Shown: positions 27,192-36,868, numbered from the stretch's first letter. The stretch: DNA of 64,000 bases from Balneolaceae bacterium (GCA_007123715.1 SKKO01000006.1:1123-65122); one strand, 5' to 3'. Program-made: numbers and translations. The notes: generated by a model from the letters alone, not told the origin.

Positions 27192-30100
27192 TTATTTCTC
27201 TACCAGTATCCAGCCCTCTTCATCCACCATTTTTTTTGCATATTTCCACTTTACTTTTTTCACCTGGTTGGTGCCCAGATTTTGAACTTTAACAAAATCG
27301 TTTCTTCCGGGCTCTTCTTCAACGGTAACCGGCTGCCGTTTTTCTCCGGGTGCCTGTGGCCTCTGATCTCCATCCTGTTGTGCACCCCTGAACCCCATAT
27401 TTGTGGAATCGGCATGCTGGGTGCGTGCCTTATCCATATCATACTTGCTTTGGGTTCGTTGAGCCTGCTGAATCCTGCCGGGATCGGCCTGCATCTCGGG
27501 AATAGCTTTCCAGATCAATGAAATGGTTTCACGGTTTATCTCATCGATAAGGGTCTTAAACATTTCGAAAGCTTCCCGCTTATACTCAAGAAGCGGGTCT
27601 TTTTGGCCAAAAGACCTTAACCCGATGCCCTCTTTAACGGTATCGAGTTCCCTCAGATGCTCCATCCATTTATTATCTATCGTAGAAAGAATTGCGGTTC
27701 TTTCCAGGGCGCGGGCAACTTCCCTGCCTTTGTTTTTTAAGGCTCTTTCAACATCCACTACAATTCGCATTCTGCGCAAACCATCAGAGAATATTACCTG
27801 TATCTTGGTCGGTTTACGTTCAGCTTCAGATTGTTCAATTTGCTGAATTACATTGTAAAGAGGGTCTGCAATCAGGTTTTCTTTTTTGCGATAAACTTCA
27901 TAAGCCCTTTCAATGATATGATCAATCAATCCGTCTTCACCCCAAAGCGCCCACTGGTCAAGGTTTAATTCGATTTCAACAGCAAGCAGCCTTAATACTT
28001 CATCCCGAAGTTTTTCGAATTCGCCATTGGGAAAATATTCGTAAACCACGGATTCGGTCAGGTCTTCAAGCATATCAAAAATATCGCTCTGGAGCTGGTC
28101 ACCCCTCAGCGCATGCTTTCTGCGGGAGTATACCACTTTACGCTGGTTGTTCAGCACATCATCAAACTCAAGCTGGCGTTTCCTGATACTGAAGTTATTT
28201 TGTTCCACCTTCTTCTGGGCACGCTCAAGTGACTTGGTAACCCATGGGTGCTGAATAACCTCGCCTTCGTCAAAATTCAGTTTATCCATGATGTTGGCAA
28301 TGCGGTCGGTCCCGCCAAAAAGCGTCATCAATTCATCTTCCAGCGATACATAAAACTGCGTCTCGCCGGGGTCACCCTGGCGTCCTGCACGGCCCCGAAG
28401 CTGCAGGTCAATCCGCCGTGATTCATGCCTGGCAGTGCCAAGAATGGCAAGGCCGCCTCTTTCTTTCACTCCCGGAGCCAGTTTAATATCCGTACCGCGG
28501 CCGGCCATGTTTGTGGCAACAGTTACTGCACCCGGCTGGCCTGCCTGAGCCACAATTTCGCTCTCATGGGCATGCTGTTTTGCATTCAAAACATTATGAG
28601 GTATTTTGGCCCGTTTCAGCATACGGCTGATGGTTTCCGATACATCAACACTGGTAGTACCCACCAGCACCGGCTGACCATTTTCGTGGTACTCACGAAT
28701 TTTATCGATGGTAGCTTTAAATTTTTCCCGCTTGGTACGAAAAATAAGGTCTTCTATGTCATCACGTACTATTGGTCGGTTGGTAGGAATTACCGTTACA
28801 TCGAGACTGTAAATTTCATTGAATTCCCCTTCTTCTGTAGCTGCGGTTCCGGTCATTCCCGAAAGTTTGTGGTACATCCGGAAGTAATTTTGAAGCGTGA
28901 TAGTGGCATAAGTTTGAGTAGCCGCCTCAATTTTCACATTTTCTTTTGCTTCGATTGCCTGGTGCAGGCCATCCGAATAACGCCGACCGGAGAGTACACG
29001 GCCCGTATGTTCATCCACAATTTGAACTTTACCATCCTGAACGATATACTCTTCCTCTCTCTCAAAAAGGGTGTAAGCTTTCAATAACTGGTTTACAGTA
29101 TGAATACGGTCGCCCCTCTCGGCAAAAAGGCGATGCAATTCATTGAAGCGTTTTTCTCTTTCCTGTTTAACTTCCGACCTGATCTCTTCTATCTTTTTAT
29201 TTTTGTAATCGTCACTGAACTCTTCATTTTCTTCGATTTCAGAAATGCGCTCTTTTCGTATTATCTCAATTTCTTCCTCGATTACTGAGGTTTCCGTTCC
29301 AAGATCCGGTATCACAAAAAACAGATCGCCTTCTTTATCTGTGGTGATGAATTCACGGCCGTTCTCCGTCATCTCGATAGTTTTTTGCTTCATATCTACA
29401 GCGTAGTACAGATATTCATCCACAAACGGCATTCGCTTGGCATTATCGGCAAGATAGAGGCTTTCTGTCTGCTGAACCAGGCGCTGGTATTGAGCTTCCT
29501 GCATCAGTTTTCGGAATTTTTTATTTTTTGGAAATCCTCTTTCAGCCCTGAAAAGAGCGAGTCCTGCCTCTTCGAACTTTTCTTCTTCAAAAAATTTCTC
29601 GGCTTCGTTTACCAGGGATGCAACGAGGTTTTTTTGCGCTGTTACAAGAGCCTCAATTCTGGGCTTCAGCTCTTCATATTTTTGCTTGCCTGATGATTGC
29701 GGAACCGGACCGGAAATGATAAGCGGTGTCCGGGCTTCATCAATCAAAATAGAGTCCACCTCATCGATAATGGCAAAATGATGATCCCGCTGTACAAGCT
29801 GCTCTTCTTCAATTACCATGTTGTCGCGCAGGTAATCAAAACCGAATTCGTTATTGGTACCGTATGTGATATCGGCCCTGTAGGCTTTTCTGCGAAGTTC
29901 GGTGTTTGGATCGTACCGGTCAATACAGTCTACGGTGAGGCCATGAAAATTGAAAATAGGTTCATTCCACTCTGCATCCCTCCGGGCAAGATAGGTATTA
30001 ACGGTAACGATATGCACACCGCGCCCGGCCAGCGCATTCAAATATGCGGGAAAAATTGCAGCGAGGGTTTTACCTTCACCGGTTTTCATTTCGGCAATAC

Positions 30101-30578
30101 TGCTGTTGTGCATTGAAATCGCCCCAACCAGCTGAACGTCATAAGGGATCATTTCCCAGACAATTTCATTACCGGCAACTTTCCATTTTTTTCCCACAAA
30201 ACGCCGGCAGGTATCTTTCAGAACTGCATAGGCTTCAGGAAGTATTTCACTGAATGTATCTTCAAGAATATCGAGCCAATCCTGCTCAAGCTCCTGCAAG
30301 CGTTCGGAAAATTCCCTTCTTTCTTCCAGGGTAATGGATTCATCATTCGAATCCATTTTTTCCTTAATCTCCTCTATCTGAACCGTTACATCATTTGTTC
30401 TTTCTTTGATAAGATCCCTGAATGTTGCCGTTTTTTGTTTGAGTTCGTCATCAGAAAGGCCCTTCATCTCTTCTTCAAAACTTTTTACCTCGTCGACAAC
30501 AGGCCATATTTTTTTAAGATCCCGGGCACTTTTTGTCCCAAATATTTTGGTGAGAATCCTTGAAATTTGGTCTAACAT
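27192..30578 (-). CDS. secA: Preprotein translocase subunit SecA
   Basis: PYDVQL, EMKTGEGKTL, TNNEFGFDYLRDN, IIDEVDSILIDEARTPLIISG, ATNMAGRGTDI, QLRGRAGRQGDPG. 1128 aa, with long Bacteroidota-type inserts. Confidence 0.98.
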   Translation of the reverse strand: MLDQISRILTKIFGTKSARDLKKIWPVVDEVKSFEEEMKGLSDDELKQKTATFRDLIKERTNDVTVQIEEIKEKMDSNDESITLEERREFSERLQELEQDWLDILEDTFSEILPEAYAVLKDTCRRFVGKKWKVAGNEIVWEMIPYDVQLVGAISMHNSSIAEMKTGEGKTLAAIFPAYLNALAGRGVHIVTVNTYLARRDAEWNEPIFNFHGLTVDCIDRYDPNTELRRKAYRADITYGTNNEFGFDYLRDNMVIEEEQLVQRDHHFAIIDEVDSILIDEARTPLIISGPVPQSSGKQKYEELKPRIEALVTAQKNLVASLVNEAEKFFEEEKFEEAGLALFRAERGFPKNKKFRKLMQEAQYQRLVQQTESLYLADNAKRMPFVDEYLYYAVDMKQKTIEMTENGREFITTDKEGDLFFVIPDLGTETSVIEEEIEIIRKERISEIEENEEFSDDYKNKKIEEIRSEVKQEREKRFNELHRLFAERGDRIHTVNQLLKAYTLFEREEEYIVQDGKVQIVDEHTGRVLSGRRYSDGLHQAIEAKENVKIEAATQTYATITLQNYFRMYHKLSGMTGTAATEEGEFNEIYSLDVTVIPTNRPIVRDDIEDLIFRTKREKFKATIDKIREYHENGQPVLVGTTSVDVSETISRMLKRAKIPHNVLNAKQHAHESEIVAQAGQPGAVTVATNMAGRGTDIKLAPGVKERGGLAILGTARHESRRIDLQLRGRAGRQGDPGETQFYVSLEDELMTLFGGTDRIANIMDKLNFDEGEVIQHPWVTKSLERAQKKVEQNNFSIRKRQLEFDDVLNNQRKVVYSRRKHALRGDQLQSDIFDMLEDLTESVVYEYFPNGEFEKLRDEVLRLLAVEIELNLDQWALWGEDGLIDHIIERAYEVYRKKENLIADPLYNVIQQIEQSEAERKPTKIQVIFSDGLRRMRIVVDVERALKNKGREVARALERTAILSTIDNKWMEHLRELDTVKEGIGLRSFGQKDPLLEYKREAFEMFKTLIDEINRETISLIWKAIPEMQADPGRIQQAQRTQSKYDMDKARTQHADSTNMGFRGAQQDGDQRPQAPGEKRQPVTVEEEPGRNDFVKVQNLGTNQVKKVKWKYAKKMVDEEGWILVEK

Positions 30579-30941
30579 GAATTTTAAAAATCGATTTTTA
30601 TTTAACTGGTAAAGTTACGGTTAAATATGCCAGTGTTCAACAAATCAATGCTTATCCGCAAGTCTTCATTTTATCCTGCAAGAACAGTGCCACACGCAAA
30701 AGGTCAACACGATAACGTAATAACGGCAGAAAGATTGATCTGAATTTTAAACGATTAGCTGATTGTTTTCAGTTCTTCGAGTTTTTCAGGTAGCTGAATA
30801 GAAAATAGGATTCTCCCATTTTCGGTAACCATCTGTAAGCCGAATGTGTTTTGCATCATATCCACTACTGTCGTGTTAATAGTAGCCCCTAATTTTGCCC
30901 CAAAAACCAGGCAACACCACCTCATAGATGACATTAAAAAA

Positions 30942-30980
30942 CTTCGCGCACCTTCGCGCCCTGGTGTCCTCGTGGCTAAA
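30942..30980. repeat. Degenerate tandem repeat (CTTCGCGCAC CTTCGCGCCC TGGTGTCCTCGTGGCTAAA)
   Basis: Two 10-nt units followed by a GTCCTCGTGGCTAAA tail in the secA-STAS intergenic gap. Confidence 0.4.
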
Positions 30981-31115
30981 ACCTTCCTGGTCAGTAGACA
31001 TTGAATTGTAATAATCTAAAAGAATGCTTGTAAATTCATAAAATTTATTAGAATTATTGGAAAATATTCTTTTATTTAGCCATTAAATGAATTCAAAAAT
31101 ACAAAGGGGTTAATC

Positions 31116-31454
31116 ATGAAGACTAATGTATCAGAAAAATACGGCTGCGTAATTATAGAGTTTAAAGGAAATGTGATGGGAGGTCCAAAATCAGAAGATT
31201 TCAGTAATCTGCTTCATTCTTTAATTAATGATGGAAAACTAAATGTGGTAGTTGATTTGGGCAAAGTCAAGTTTATGAATTCATCCGGACTGGGACTGCT
31301 GATTGGTGGACTGACCACAATGAAAAAAGCCGGAGGTGATCTCAGAATTTGCCGGGCAGACCATAAAATTGAAAGCTTGCTGGTTGTTACCAAGCTAATT
31401 ACTGTCTTTAAACACTTCAAATCAGTTGAAGAAGCTGTAAAGTCTTTCGAGTAA
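31116..31454 (+). CDS. STAS-domain anti-sigma-factor antagonist
   Basis: VVVDLGKVKFMNSSGLGLL phospho-acceptor motif; 112 aa. Confidence 0.92.
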   Translation: MKTNVSEKYGCVIIEFKGNVMGGPKSEDFSNLLHSLINDGKLNVVVDLGKVKFMNSSGLGLLIGGLTTMKKAGGDLRICRADHKIESLLVVTKLITVFKHFKSVEEAVKSFE

Positions 31455-31921
31455 TTATATATAATTTCAGGCTTCTACGTTTTGCCAGACAACCCTATGT
31501 GAAATGGAACTTTGCCACAAATAGTTGTGACTGAGGATCAGAAGATAGGTAATCGCTACTTTCAAGAAATCAGAAAGCACTGAAAAGTCAAGCTGCACCG
31601 ATTTTTATATCGAAACACAATCCATCTGTATTAAGGAGACGTTCACAAACCAACTCTGATGCATAATCCGGTGTAACGTCTCCGGTTATTTCAGGTCTGC
31701 TTTTCCCCTATCGTATTGCCAAAGGCAAAATACATGGCAGTACCAATTTCCATATTGGCTTAAAATTATGGGATATTTGTCTCATAATTGAGAACACACA
31801 TCCATTATTGCTTTCTGCATTACGTAATCAGGAATTTCCTGTTCGTATCTCAGTGCCGCATTCACTAATTTTGGGGGAATAGAGTATGAGTTCTTAAATA
31901 AAGAGATAATTAATAAAAGTA

Positions 31922-33145
31922 ATGCTTGTTCTTGTCATTAATTGCGGCAGTTCTTCTGTAAAGTATAACCTGATAGAAACCGAAGGTGAAACTGAGGTCT
32001 GCAGTGGTATCGTCGAAAGAATCGGAGCTGTGACATCTATTGTTAAACATCAGCCAAATAATGAGAGTGTCCGTAAAGAATCGAAAGTAATTCTGAATCA
32101 TAGCGAGGCATTGCAGGAGATTATGAATTTTTTGCTGAGCCCCGGCAATCATATCATTTCTTCACCCGATGATATTAAGGCTGTTGGCCACCGCGTGGTT
32201 CACGGAGGTGAAATGTTCAAAGATTCCGTGCTGATTGATGACGTTGTGAAAGACGCCATCGAGCAGGCTTTTGATCTCGCACCTCTACATAATCCACCCA
32301 ACCTAAAAGGTATTGAGGCAGCAGAGGAGCGTTTGCCTGATATTCCCCATGTAGCTGTTTTTGACACCGCTTTCCACCATTCTTTACCGCCTTACGCCTA
32401 TCTGTACGGAATACCGAACCGCCTTTACAGGCGTCATAAAATCAGGAAATATGGATTTCACGGCACATCACATTACTATGTAAGCCGCCAGTACTACAAG
32501 CTCAGTCAAAAATCAAAAAATCAAACCAGCGTCATTACCTGTCATCTTGGAAACGGCGCCTCCATAGCTGCCATTAAGGGAGGCGAGTCTGTAGATACCT
32601 CTATGGGTTTTACTCCCCTCTCGGGCCTTGTAATGGGTACCCGCAGCGGAGATCTTGATCCTTCCATTCTTTTTTACATTATGGAAAAAGAGGAGTTATC
32701 CCTCAACGCACTGCATGCCATGCTAAACCGTCACAGTGGCCTCCTGGGCCTCAGCGGATATGCCGCTGATATGCGCGATCTCATCTCTGAAGCTAAAAAC
32801 GGAGACCGTCGCTGCCAGCAGGCTATCGATGTGTTTTGCTATAATATCAAAAAGTATATCGGAACCTATATGGCGGTGATGAACGGTTGTGATGCCATTA
32901 TTTTTACAGCCGGTATTGGAGAAAATTCTCCGCAAATCAGAAAAAAATCTGTAGAGGGGATGGAGAATTTGGGGATAGTGATTGATGATGAAAGAAATGA
33001 AAAAGCTGTAAACCGGAAAATTGAAAAAATCAGTTCGGATTCATCGGTCGTAGACATCCTCGTTATACCAACGAACGAAGAGCTTGTAATTGCCATTGAT
33101 GCAGCTAAAATTGCGACAGCCAGCAATCAAAGTCCCTGGGTTTGA
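31922..33145 (+). CDS. ackA: Acetate kinase
   Basis: LVINCGSSSVKY, GHRVVHGG, LAPLHNP, VFDTAFH, YGFHGTSH, CHLGNGAS, TSMGFTPL, FTAGIGENS, IPTNEEL. Confidence 0.96.
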   Translation: MLVLVINCGSSSVKYNLIETEGETEVCSGIVERIGAVTSIVKHQPNNESVRKESKVILNHSEALQEIMNFLLSPGNHIISSPDDIKAVGHRVVHGGEMFKDSVLIDDVVKDAIEQAFDLAPLHNPPNLKGIEAAEERLPDIPHVAVFDTAFHHSLPPYAYLYGIPNRLYRRHKIRKYGFHGTSHYYVSRQYYKLSQKSKNQTSVITCHLGNGASIAAIKGGESVDTSMGFTPLSGLVMGTRSGDLDPSILFYIMEKEELSLNALHAMLNRHSGLLGLSGYAADMRDLISEAKNGDRRCQQAIDVFCYNIKKYIGTYMAVMNGCDAIIFTAGIGENSPQIRKKSVEGMENLGIVIDDERNEKAVNRKIEKISSDSSVVDILVIPTNEELVIAIDAAKIATASNQSPWV

Positions 33146-33186
33146 TCTGTTGCTTCTGGACAAACCGGTATATCTATGCGATAAAC

Positions 33187-33216
33187 AAAAAACCCCGGCT
33201 TGATAACAGGCAGGGG
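33187..33216 (-). terminator. Intrinsic terminator after secG
   Basis: CCCC-G-GCTTG-ATAA-CAGGC-A-GGGG hairpin followed by T6 on the minus strand. Confidence 0.6.
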
Positions 33217-33254
33217 CCATTTGATGAAGTCAGTTGGCTATAGTCAGCCTGGTA

Positions 33255-33623
33255 TCAGTCGTCAATTTGAAAATCTTCCTGCTGCGGAACAGCAGTTTGT
33301 GTCTGTGAAGGCGCTGTGAAGTCTGATTGTTCAATTGGCGCATCTCCGCCAAAACCACTCTGCTGAATGGTGCTCTCAGCGGCACCGCCACGGTCAATTG
33401 CAAAATTGGCCAGTACACTCAGCGACAGAAATAGCGCTGCAAGAATGGACGTTGTTTTTGAAAGAAGATCCGCAGTTCGCCTTGCACCCATCGAAGCGCC
33501 GCCTGCCATTCCAGCTGCAAGCCCTCCGGAAAGCCCCTCTTTTTGTCCGGGTTGCAGAAGTACCACAATGATTAATAAAAAGCAAATCAGTGTGATTAAG
33601 GATATAATAATTCCGTAAAGCAT
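33255..33623 (-). CDS. secG: Preprotein translocase subunit SecG
   Basis: IIVVLLQPGQKEGLSGG, GARRTADLLSKTT, two TM segments. Confidence 0.93.
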   Translation of the reverse strand: MLYGIIISLITLICFLLIIVVLLQPGQKEGLSGGLAAGMAGGASMGARRTADLLSKTTSILAALFLSLSVLANFAIDRGGAAESTIQQSGFGGDAPIEQSDFTAPSQTQTAVPQQEDFQIDD

Positions 33624-33807
33624 ATTTTTGTTTGTTCAGTTTATTGCAAAGAGTTTAAAAATATCACTATTTATACTTTTAACAAAGTACTAACATCATA
33701 ACGACGTCCCTTTTGTTTATTGTAATAAAAGGAAAAATTTTCAGCCTTAAATCATGAACTAAGCAAATTGAAGCTGGTTGAAGGAAAGCCCGGAGTCAAA
33801 CCACGGC

Positions 33808-34440
33808 CTACTTCGGAATAGGCTGTATCAGTTCAGGATCATTATTGTTGGGATCGTTTACCTTTTTGCTCACCCGTAATACGGAAAAATCAGTTAATAG
33901 AAACAGGTTCGATATCTCATCAATGATATCATCCGTTTTAAAGGTTTTATCTATCCATTTTAAGGAATACTTTTCATCCAGGATAAGCGGCATTTTTTCC
34001 GACATTGGGTGTATCAGTGGATTAGAATCGGTGGCAACCATCACAACGTAATCTTCTTTTTGATAATACAGCCCGGCAACTGCCATAACCGGATGATTCA
34101 GCATTCTCACAAAAAACGGACTTCCTTTTTTATCATTATTATTCCAAATATAAAAACCGCTGAGCGGCAAAATGCACCTTACTGCACTTTTATTTTGCAA
34201 ATTTTTCCGTACATCTTTCTTACCCACACTCAGGCTTACCTTTTCATTTTCGGGTTCACTGCCCCAGCGCGCTTTCGTAAACGTATAATGTTGTTTTTCC
34301 TCTTCTGCTAATAAAACAGGTATTAATTGGCCGGGTGAAATATTAAAATGCGGATCAAAGATTTGTTCCATAGCGGTTTTGAATCCAAAATATTCCTCTG
34401 TTTCCGCCTTCTGTCCAAAAAAAGCTACTCTTTCAATCAT
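33808..34440 (-). CDS. SOS response-associated peptidase (SRAP/YedK/HMCES) fold protein lacking the catalytic residues
   Basis: FNISPGQ, ARWG, RCILPLSGFYIW, AVAGLY, KMPLIL and the tail VSKKVNDPNNNDPELIQPI fit SRAP. MIERV replaces MCGRF. Confidence 0.8.
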   Translation of the reverse strand: MIERVAFFGQKAETEEYFGFKTAMEQIFDPHFNISPGQLIPVLLAEEEKQHYTFTKARWGSEPENEKVSLSVGKKDVRKNLQNKSAVRCILPLSGFYIWNNNDKKGSPFFVRMLNHPVMAVAGLYYQKEDYVVMVATDSNPLIHPMSEKMPLILDEKYSLKWIDKTFKTDDIIDEISNLFLLTDFSVLRVSKKVNDPNNNDPELIQPIPK

Positions 34441-34506
34441 AATATGTCTTTGCTTTTCATTTGATTCTGATCATTTTTACAAACCTCATTAATTGTAAAC
34501 TACTGT

Positions 34507-35370
34507 ATGATAAACATTTTCTACAATACTGATGAAGCCCGTTTACGCGCACTGTGGCGTATCATGATAACAACAATCCTTGTGATTTCATTGGTGGTTG
34601 CCTGGGCTTTATTCTTTCAAACCCAATTTTGGATCACACTGGGTCTGGGTTTTATCGTCCCCCTAATATTGTGGGTCGTTTCAAAATGGATAGAAAGACG
34701 CCATTTTCATGAATTCGGATTATTCACAAACAGAGTGTGGATACGTGATTTTATTGGCGGTTGTATAATGGCAGCCTTCGTAATGACAGGTATTTTATTG
34801 TTCCTTCTTTCTTTCGGTTACGCTGAAATAACCGGTACTGCGAATCTATGGGAAACCCCGTCCTTGATAACAGCACTATTTCAATCATTGTTGTTAATGA
34901 CCGCCGTAAGCGTGTGGGAGGAGGCCTATTTCCGGGGATACCTGATCACTAATATACGAGAAGGTTTTCACACAAAATCAATTAACAGAAAAACGGCAAC
35001 AGTCATAGCAATCATTTTATCCTCCATCATTTTTGGATTTGCCCATTCGGGAAATCCAAATGCATCCTTGTTTGCTGTGATCAATATCATTTTGGCCGGT
35101 GTTGTTTTTGCATTTCCATACATAAAAACAAAAAGTCTTGGAATTTCTGTTGGAATGCATCTTTCTTGGAATTATTTTCAGGGTGTTGTTTTCGGAATGC
35201 CCGTTAGCGGATTACACATGAGTGAATCTTTCGCTGAAACGAAACTATCGGGCTCCGATTTGATAACCGGAGGGCATTTTGGGCCTGAAGGCGGCGCTGC
35301 AGGGTTTTTTGGCCTGTTAATGCTGGCCGCTGTATGCCACCTTTATTTGGCATTGTTTTATAAGAAGTAA
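34507..35370 (+). CDS. CPBP-family (CAAX protease/Abi) intramembrane glutamic endopeptidase
   Basis: WEEAYFRGY, FGFAH, GMHLSWN, GPEGG; multi-pass hydrophobic protein. Confidence 0.9.
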   Translation: MINIFYNTDEARLRALWRIMITTILVISLVVAWALFFQTQFWITLGLGFIVPLILWVVSKWIERRHFHEFGLFTNRVWIRDFIGGCIMAAFVMTGILLFLLSFGYAEITGTANLWETPSLITALFQSLLLMTAVSVWEEAYFRGYLITNIREGFHTKSINRKTATVIAIILSSIIFGFAHSGNPNASLFAVINIILAGVVFAFPYIKTKSLGISVGMHLSWNYFQGVVFGMPVSGLHMSESFAETKLSGSDLITGGHFGPEGGAAGFFGLLMLAAVCHLYLALFYKK

Positions 35371-35483
35371 TATGATCTGCCGTTTGTAAAAGATATAGAA
35401 TGATTTTGTGCAGGCAGATCGAACAGGCACAGACTGCCTTTAAGTAAATTGAAATATTGATCAAAAATTGAAGAGGTAACCCA

Positions 35484-36851
35484 TTGTCGTTTAATCAATT
35501 TCGACTAAGTTCTGATATTTTGAAGGGGTTGAAAGACGTTAAAATTGATAGCCCCTCACCATTGCAAAAGAAAATTTTTAAAGCGGTACAAGAGAAAAAA
35601 GACCTTGTTGTGAACACTACCACTGAGGAAAAGCCTGAAACAGGCTACCTGATTTCGCTCTTAAACGAAATTTCCAAAATCGAGCGAAGACAGGGAACCC
35701 GTGCTATTGTGCTAGCTGCAAATAGGGATCGGGCCAAAATTTTGGATGAATGGATTTGGGCAATCGGCTACCATGCCTCTATTGAAAGTGCCTGTATCAC
35801 CGAAGACGGCAATGCCAATGAGCAGCTTAACGCTTTATCTGCAGGCCCGGTAGTGATTGTAGCCACACCGGGGCGTCTTGCTGAATTACTTGAAAAAAAC
35901 AGGATGATTTTCAGGGAAGTTCAGCAGTTGATTGTCGACCAGGCCGAATTAATCAGTGACTGGGCCGCTGTTGAAACCATATCAACACGCGTAATCGGTA
36001 AATGTCAGCGCATTTTTACCGCTGCCAAAGACAGCAGGGAACTTCGTGATGCCGAAGACAAAATACTTCAGGATCCTGAATTGGTAACACTTGCCAAAAA
36101 GATTCAACCAGAATCAGTGGTTAAAAAAACCTCCCAAAAACCGGTGATCACAAAAGACCTCACACAATATTATATCAATGTACCGCCTCGTTCAAAAATA
36201 ACAACACTGATGGCTCATCTCGAGAATCACGGCAGTGATTCTGTCGTCATTTTTACAGCATCCCGCAAAACGGCAGACCGGCTGTATAAAATTTTCAGGA
36301 AAAATAACCGCCGGGCGGTAAGTCTGCATGATAATCTGGATAAAGAGGTGTTTAATGAACGGTTCGCACGGTTTACATCGGGTGATGTTCAGCACCTGTT
36401 GGTGGGAGAAATGTCGGCCGCAAACCTTCCGCTTGAACACACAACACAAGTGATTAATTATGATGTACCCGAAGAAGTAAGTGAATACAAACTGCGAGCT
36501 GAACTTGTGGGTGATGGTAAGGCGAGCCGTATCATCAGCCTTGTCTCCAAACAGGACCGGAACGATATCAACACCATCTGTAACTCGCTGGGATATGCCC
36601 CCGAAGAAGTTCCGTTGCCAAAAACCGTAAAGGAGAAACTTTCCGGAACCGGGGCACCCTTACAACCCAAAAAGAGCAAAAAGACAAGTGTAAAATCAAA
36701 ACCGGGCAGGCAGTCAAAGCCAAAGAAAAAAGGAGGCCCTAAAAAACTTGATGAACTTCCGCGACCTACTTTTGATCAGCTTGAAGGAGGGCGTGCCGGG
36801 AAACCACAAAAGAAAGGGTTGTTCGGATTCATCAAAAAATTGTTTGAATAA
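35484..36851 (+). CDS. DEAD-box RNA helicase-like protein with degenerate ATPase motifs
   Basis: Q motif (F...PSPLQ), VATPGRL, VVIF and VINYDVP retained. Walker A replaced by TTEEKPE, DEAD by DQAE, motif VI by LRAELVG. Lys-rich tail. TTG start. Confidence 0.82.
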   Translation: MSFNQFRLSSDILKGLKDVKIDSPSPLQKKIFKAVQEKKDLVVNTTTEEKPETGYLISLLNEISKIERRQGTRAIVLAANRDRAKILDEWIWAIGYHASIESACITEDGNANEQLNALSAGPVVIVATPGRLAELLEKNRMIFREVQQLIVDQAELISDWAAVETISTRVIGKCQRIFTAAKDSRELRDAEDKILQDPELVTLAKKIQPESVVKKTSQKPVITKDLTQYYINVPPRSKITTLMAHLENHGSDSVVIFTASRKTADRLYKIFRKNNRRAVSLHDNLDKEVFNERFARFTSGDVQHLLVGEMSAANLPLEHTTQVINYDVPEEVSEYKLRAELVGDGKASRIISLVSKQDRNDINTICNSLGYAPEEVPLPKTVKEKLSGTGAPLQPKKSKKTSVKSKPGRQSKPKKKGGPKKLDELPRPTFDQLEGGRAGKPQKKGLFGFIKKLFE

Positions 36852-36868
36852 ACCGGCATATCGTTTCG

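Noticed and set aside
18711-29087. Long opposite-strand ORFs such as 18711-19394, 19391-20062 and 28425-29087
   Set aside because: They lie wholly antisense to well-supported genes and have no motifs; these are codon-bias shadows. The same applies to the other nested ORFs in the track.
30755-30859. 34-aa minus-strand ORF MMQNTFGLQMVTENGRILFSIQLPEKLEELKTIS upstream of secA
   Set aside because: Plausible composition but no motif, coupling or other support. ORFs this short arise by chance.
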